Source of the DNA: Octopus sinensis
Taxonomy: Eukaryota
Length of the DNA: 64,000 nt
Assembly (NCBI RefSeq): GCF_006345805.1
Contig: NC_043000.1
Span: 21,514,001 to 21,578,000 of the forward strand
Reading direction: 5' to 3'
Positions within the stretch are counted from its first letter, which is position 1. Every line of letters starts with the position of its first letter. The notes beneath the pieces were generated by a model. That model ran no database searches, was not told the origin of the DNA, and was given only the letters and a program-made list of their open reading frames with translations. This document shows positions 60,952 to 64,000 of this stretch, piece by piece. The position numbers were made by a program, and so were the translations under genes.

Positions 60952-63900
60952 ATCTATACAGTATATGTGCCTCCTTGTCTTCACATCTCAGGATAGTTGT
61001 CAATGAGTGTTACTATCATACAACTAGTGTAAAGCGGCGAGCTGGCAGATACGTTAGCACACCGGGCGAAATGCTTAGCGGTATTTCATCTGCCGTTACA
61101 TTCTGAGTTCAAATTCTGCTGAGGTCGACTTTGCCTTTCATCCTTTCAGGGTCGATTAAATAAGTACCAGTTGCGCACTGGGGTCGATATAATCGACTTA
61201 ATCCATTTGTATGTCCTTGTTTGTCCCCTCTGTGTTTAGCCCCTTGTGGGTAGTAAAGAAATAGTTACTATCATACAACTAGTGTTCCTCATTTCCAGTC
61301 TTCTATGAAAACCTGCCTACTCATTAGGAAAATACTTCCTTGCTTGGAAATGAGTGAGGTTTTGCCAACAAGAAGGGCATCCAGCTGTAAAAATACAAAA
61401 CTCTGCCTCAACAAATTTTGTTTGATCCATGCAAGCTTCAGAAAGTGGACATGATGATGGTGATGCAGATTTTTATTAAATTAAATTGTTATTGTTGTAT
61501 ACCTTGATGTCTGATTGAATAGACCCATTGCCTATTTCTTTACTACCCACAAGGTGCTAAAGATAGAGGTGACAAGCAAAGACAGACAAACGTATTAAGT
61601 CGATTATATCGACCCCAGTGCATAACTGGTATTTATTGAATCGACCCCAAAAGGTTGAAAGGCAAAGTAGACCTCAGCAGAATTTGAACTCAGAATGCAG
61701 CGGCAGACGAAATACTGCTAAGCATTTCGCTCGGCATGCTAATGACTCTGCCAGCTCGCCACCTTAGGATAGACCTATTGCCACCAGACACTCCAACCAT
61801 GTAATTCAATGTAAATGTGTATCAGACTACATTGTTCAATGTATTCTTTATTTAGAAGCTAAGGAAGATTTTGATGCTATTTCTAACATGTCAAGCAACC
61901 ACATAGCAGTTCCCTCATTGTCTCACTACAGTAAATTGTTCTGTCACTTTATTTGCGTTGATATTCAGAAACACGTGTTTTTATCGAAAATTTCTTTGTC
62001 AAACATTATTTCTGAGCAACACATTTATTTTCTTCAATGAGATTTTTACATTGATTTTTTTTTACAAATATATGTGAGAAAGTTTTTCAACATTAGTTAG
62101 CTGCAAGAGATGATAATGTATTTTATTGCCGGCTGCATTCCTGAGTTGCGTCCGCCACACAACTTTGAAGTAGGTTGTAGATAATGTCCTATTGTTGTTT
62201 AACCCAGCATCAATCCTGATTCAAGTAGTTATATGATCAAAACTATTCCAACAATGACCAGGTATCATCTATACACTAGATTACATTATTTAATGCTGGA
62301 GTTCTCAACCGGAGTCCATGTAAGAATTTTGGGGTCCACAGATGCAATATAGTAAATTAGGGTCCCCAGTAATTTTTCAGGGGCCATGAAAAGATTGTGC
62401 CCCTGAAACCAATAAAGCTTATGTGCTATAAATTGCTTATACTTCTTAACAGTTTTTATACAAGTCCTAACAATATTTGCTGCGATGGACTGATGTCCTG
62501 TCCTGCTGGGGGGAAAACATAGGCCACAGAAACTGGAAACCAGGCCTGGCTAGGCTTGAAAAGGGTGCATAAATAGAAAAAAAATATTTAATTATAAAAA
62601 TACTATTGGATTTTTTTAAACATCGAATGTCTATTGGGGGGGGGGCACCAAAGTAAAAAATGGTTGAGAACCCCCTGATCCTGTGTATCATTTTTTTTTT
62701 TTTTCAAGTTGATATTGTGTGTGTGAGAGAACGAGAGGCACAGGTTAACCATGTGATTAAGAAGTTCAATTCCTAACCACGTGGTCATGGGTTCAGTTTT
62801 TGGGCAAGTATCTTCTATATCTTATTTCTTTATTGCCCACAAAGGGCTAAACACAGAGGGGACAAACAAGGACAGGCAAACGGATTAAGTTGATTATATT
62901 GATCCCCAGTGCGTAACTGGTACTTATTTAATCGACCCCGAAAGGATGAAAGGCAAAGTCGACCTTGGTGGAATTTGAACTCAGAACGTAGCGGCAGACA
63001 AAATGCCGCTAAGCATTTCGTCTGGCGTGCTAACGTTTCTGCCAGCTCGCCGCTTCTATATCTTCTGGCTGATAGAAAATGGAATGCAGCCCAAAGACTG
63101 CATCCTACTCCAGTATCTGCTTTGACATGGTTTCTATGGCTAGGTGCCTTTCCTAATGCCAACCATTTTTCAGCATGTTCTGTATGCTTTTCTCTTTGTC
63201 TTGACAATACACGAGAGTTATAGACAAACATCACCATCATACAAGCAATGTCCATTAAAACATGACTGGCCATACGTAGGGAAATATTTACCTTACTTGG
63301 AAACAGGTGAGGTTTGGCAACAGGAACACATTTCAAAAAAGAAAAATAATCTATCAGGCTTAGAATGTGAGTTGGACATTGTGTTATCTGTGATGAGAAA
63401 CATGACTGATGATGCACAAAGGATCTTGGAATACCACCAACTTCTTCAAAAATTTCCATAAAATTTAATATTGGAGTCCATGCAAATATGTAGACAGGGG
63501 AACAAGCCAGATGACATGGTTTAAATTTGGATAATAAACCACTGCACAAAGTTAATGTTAGATTTTTTTTTTCCTTCAAAACCATGCAAAGTGGTTGGCT
63601 TGTAAAAGGCCATTTAGTAAAAGGAGGCCATAAGTCACAAAACATTGAGAACATCTCCATTAGATTCATCTTGTCGTCCAACAATGTGGTCAGTTGACAT
63701 GCTAGAAATAGCTGCCAAATTCCCATACCACACTTTACTATTTCAGTAAAAATAAAGAAGTGCATATTGGGTTATGTTGTTCTGAATGTTGTCTGAAAAT
63801 AAATTTGGAAGGTCATGGCTGGAACCCAACCACTTTGATTATAAATCTGCTCTCTCAGGGTTGATCTGGAGCTAAACAATAACAAAACGCATTTCTGTGG

Positions 63901-64000
63901 TGCTGCTCTAACTTATGGTAAAAAAAAAAAAACACCAGCATAGATTGTGGAACTAACCAATTTCAGCAACACAACCTTTGACTTTTCAACTAGTTTATTG

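Noticed and set aside
62830-63765. 311-aa minus-strand ORF
   Set aside because: Runs through SINE B and other repeat fragments; no domain signature.

Overview
Eukaryotic, AT-rich, repeat-dense genomic DNA. The SINE families, microsatellites and gene structure point to a coleoid cephalopod, most likely Octopus (inference). Almost all ORFs in the supplied track are repeat artefacts. Manual splice-phase reconstruction gives two convergent intron-containing genes. (1) A + strand gene of about 10 exons (2814-23205, about 411 aa) encoding a fibronectin type III-like domain joined to a TlpA/thioredoxin-fold domain with an intact WCHPC site and extra Cys clusters; I do not recognise this protein and it is the best novelty candidate. 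(2) A complete 4-exon LAMTOR5/HBXIP gene on the - strand (54482-32812, 96 aa). The rest is tRNA-derived SINEs (at least 4 families), RTE, CR1 and Hero-like LINE fragments, a Gypsy remnant, Helitrons, MITEs (Tc2-like, MULE-like, hAT, piggyBac-like), a 5S rRNA pseudogene, minisatellites, a degenerate hammerhead-like motif and a hairpin with a telomeric-repeat loop. Repeat family names come from motif recall, and repeat boundaries are approximate unless a TSD or terminus is quoted.
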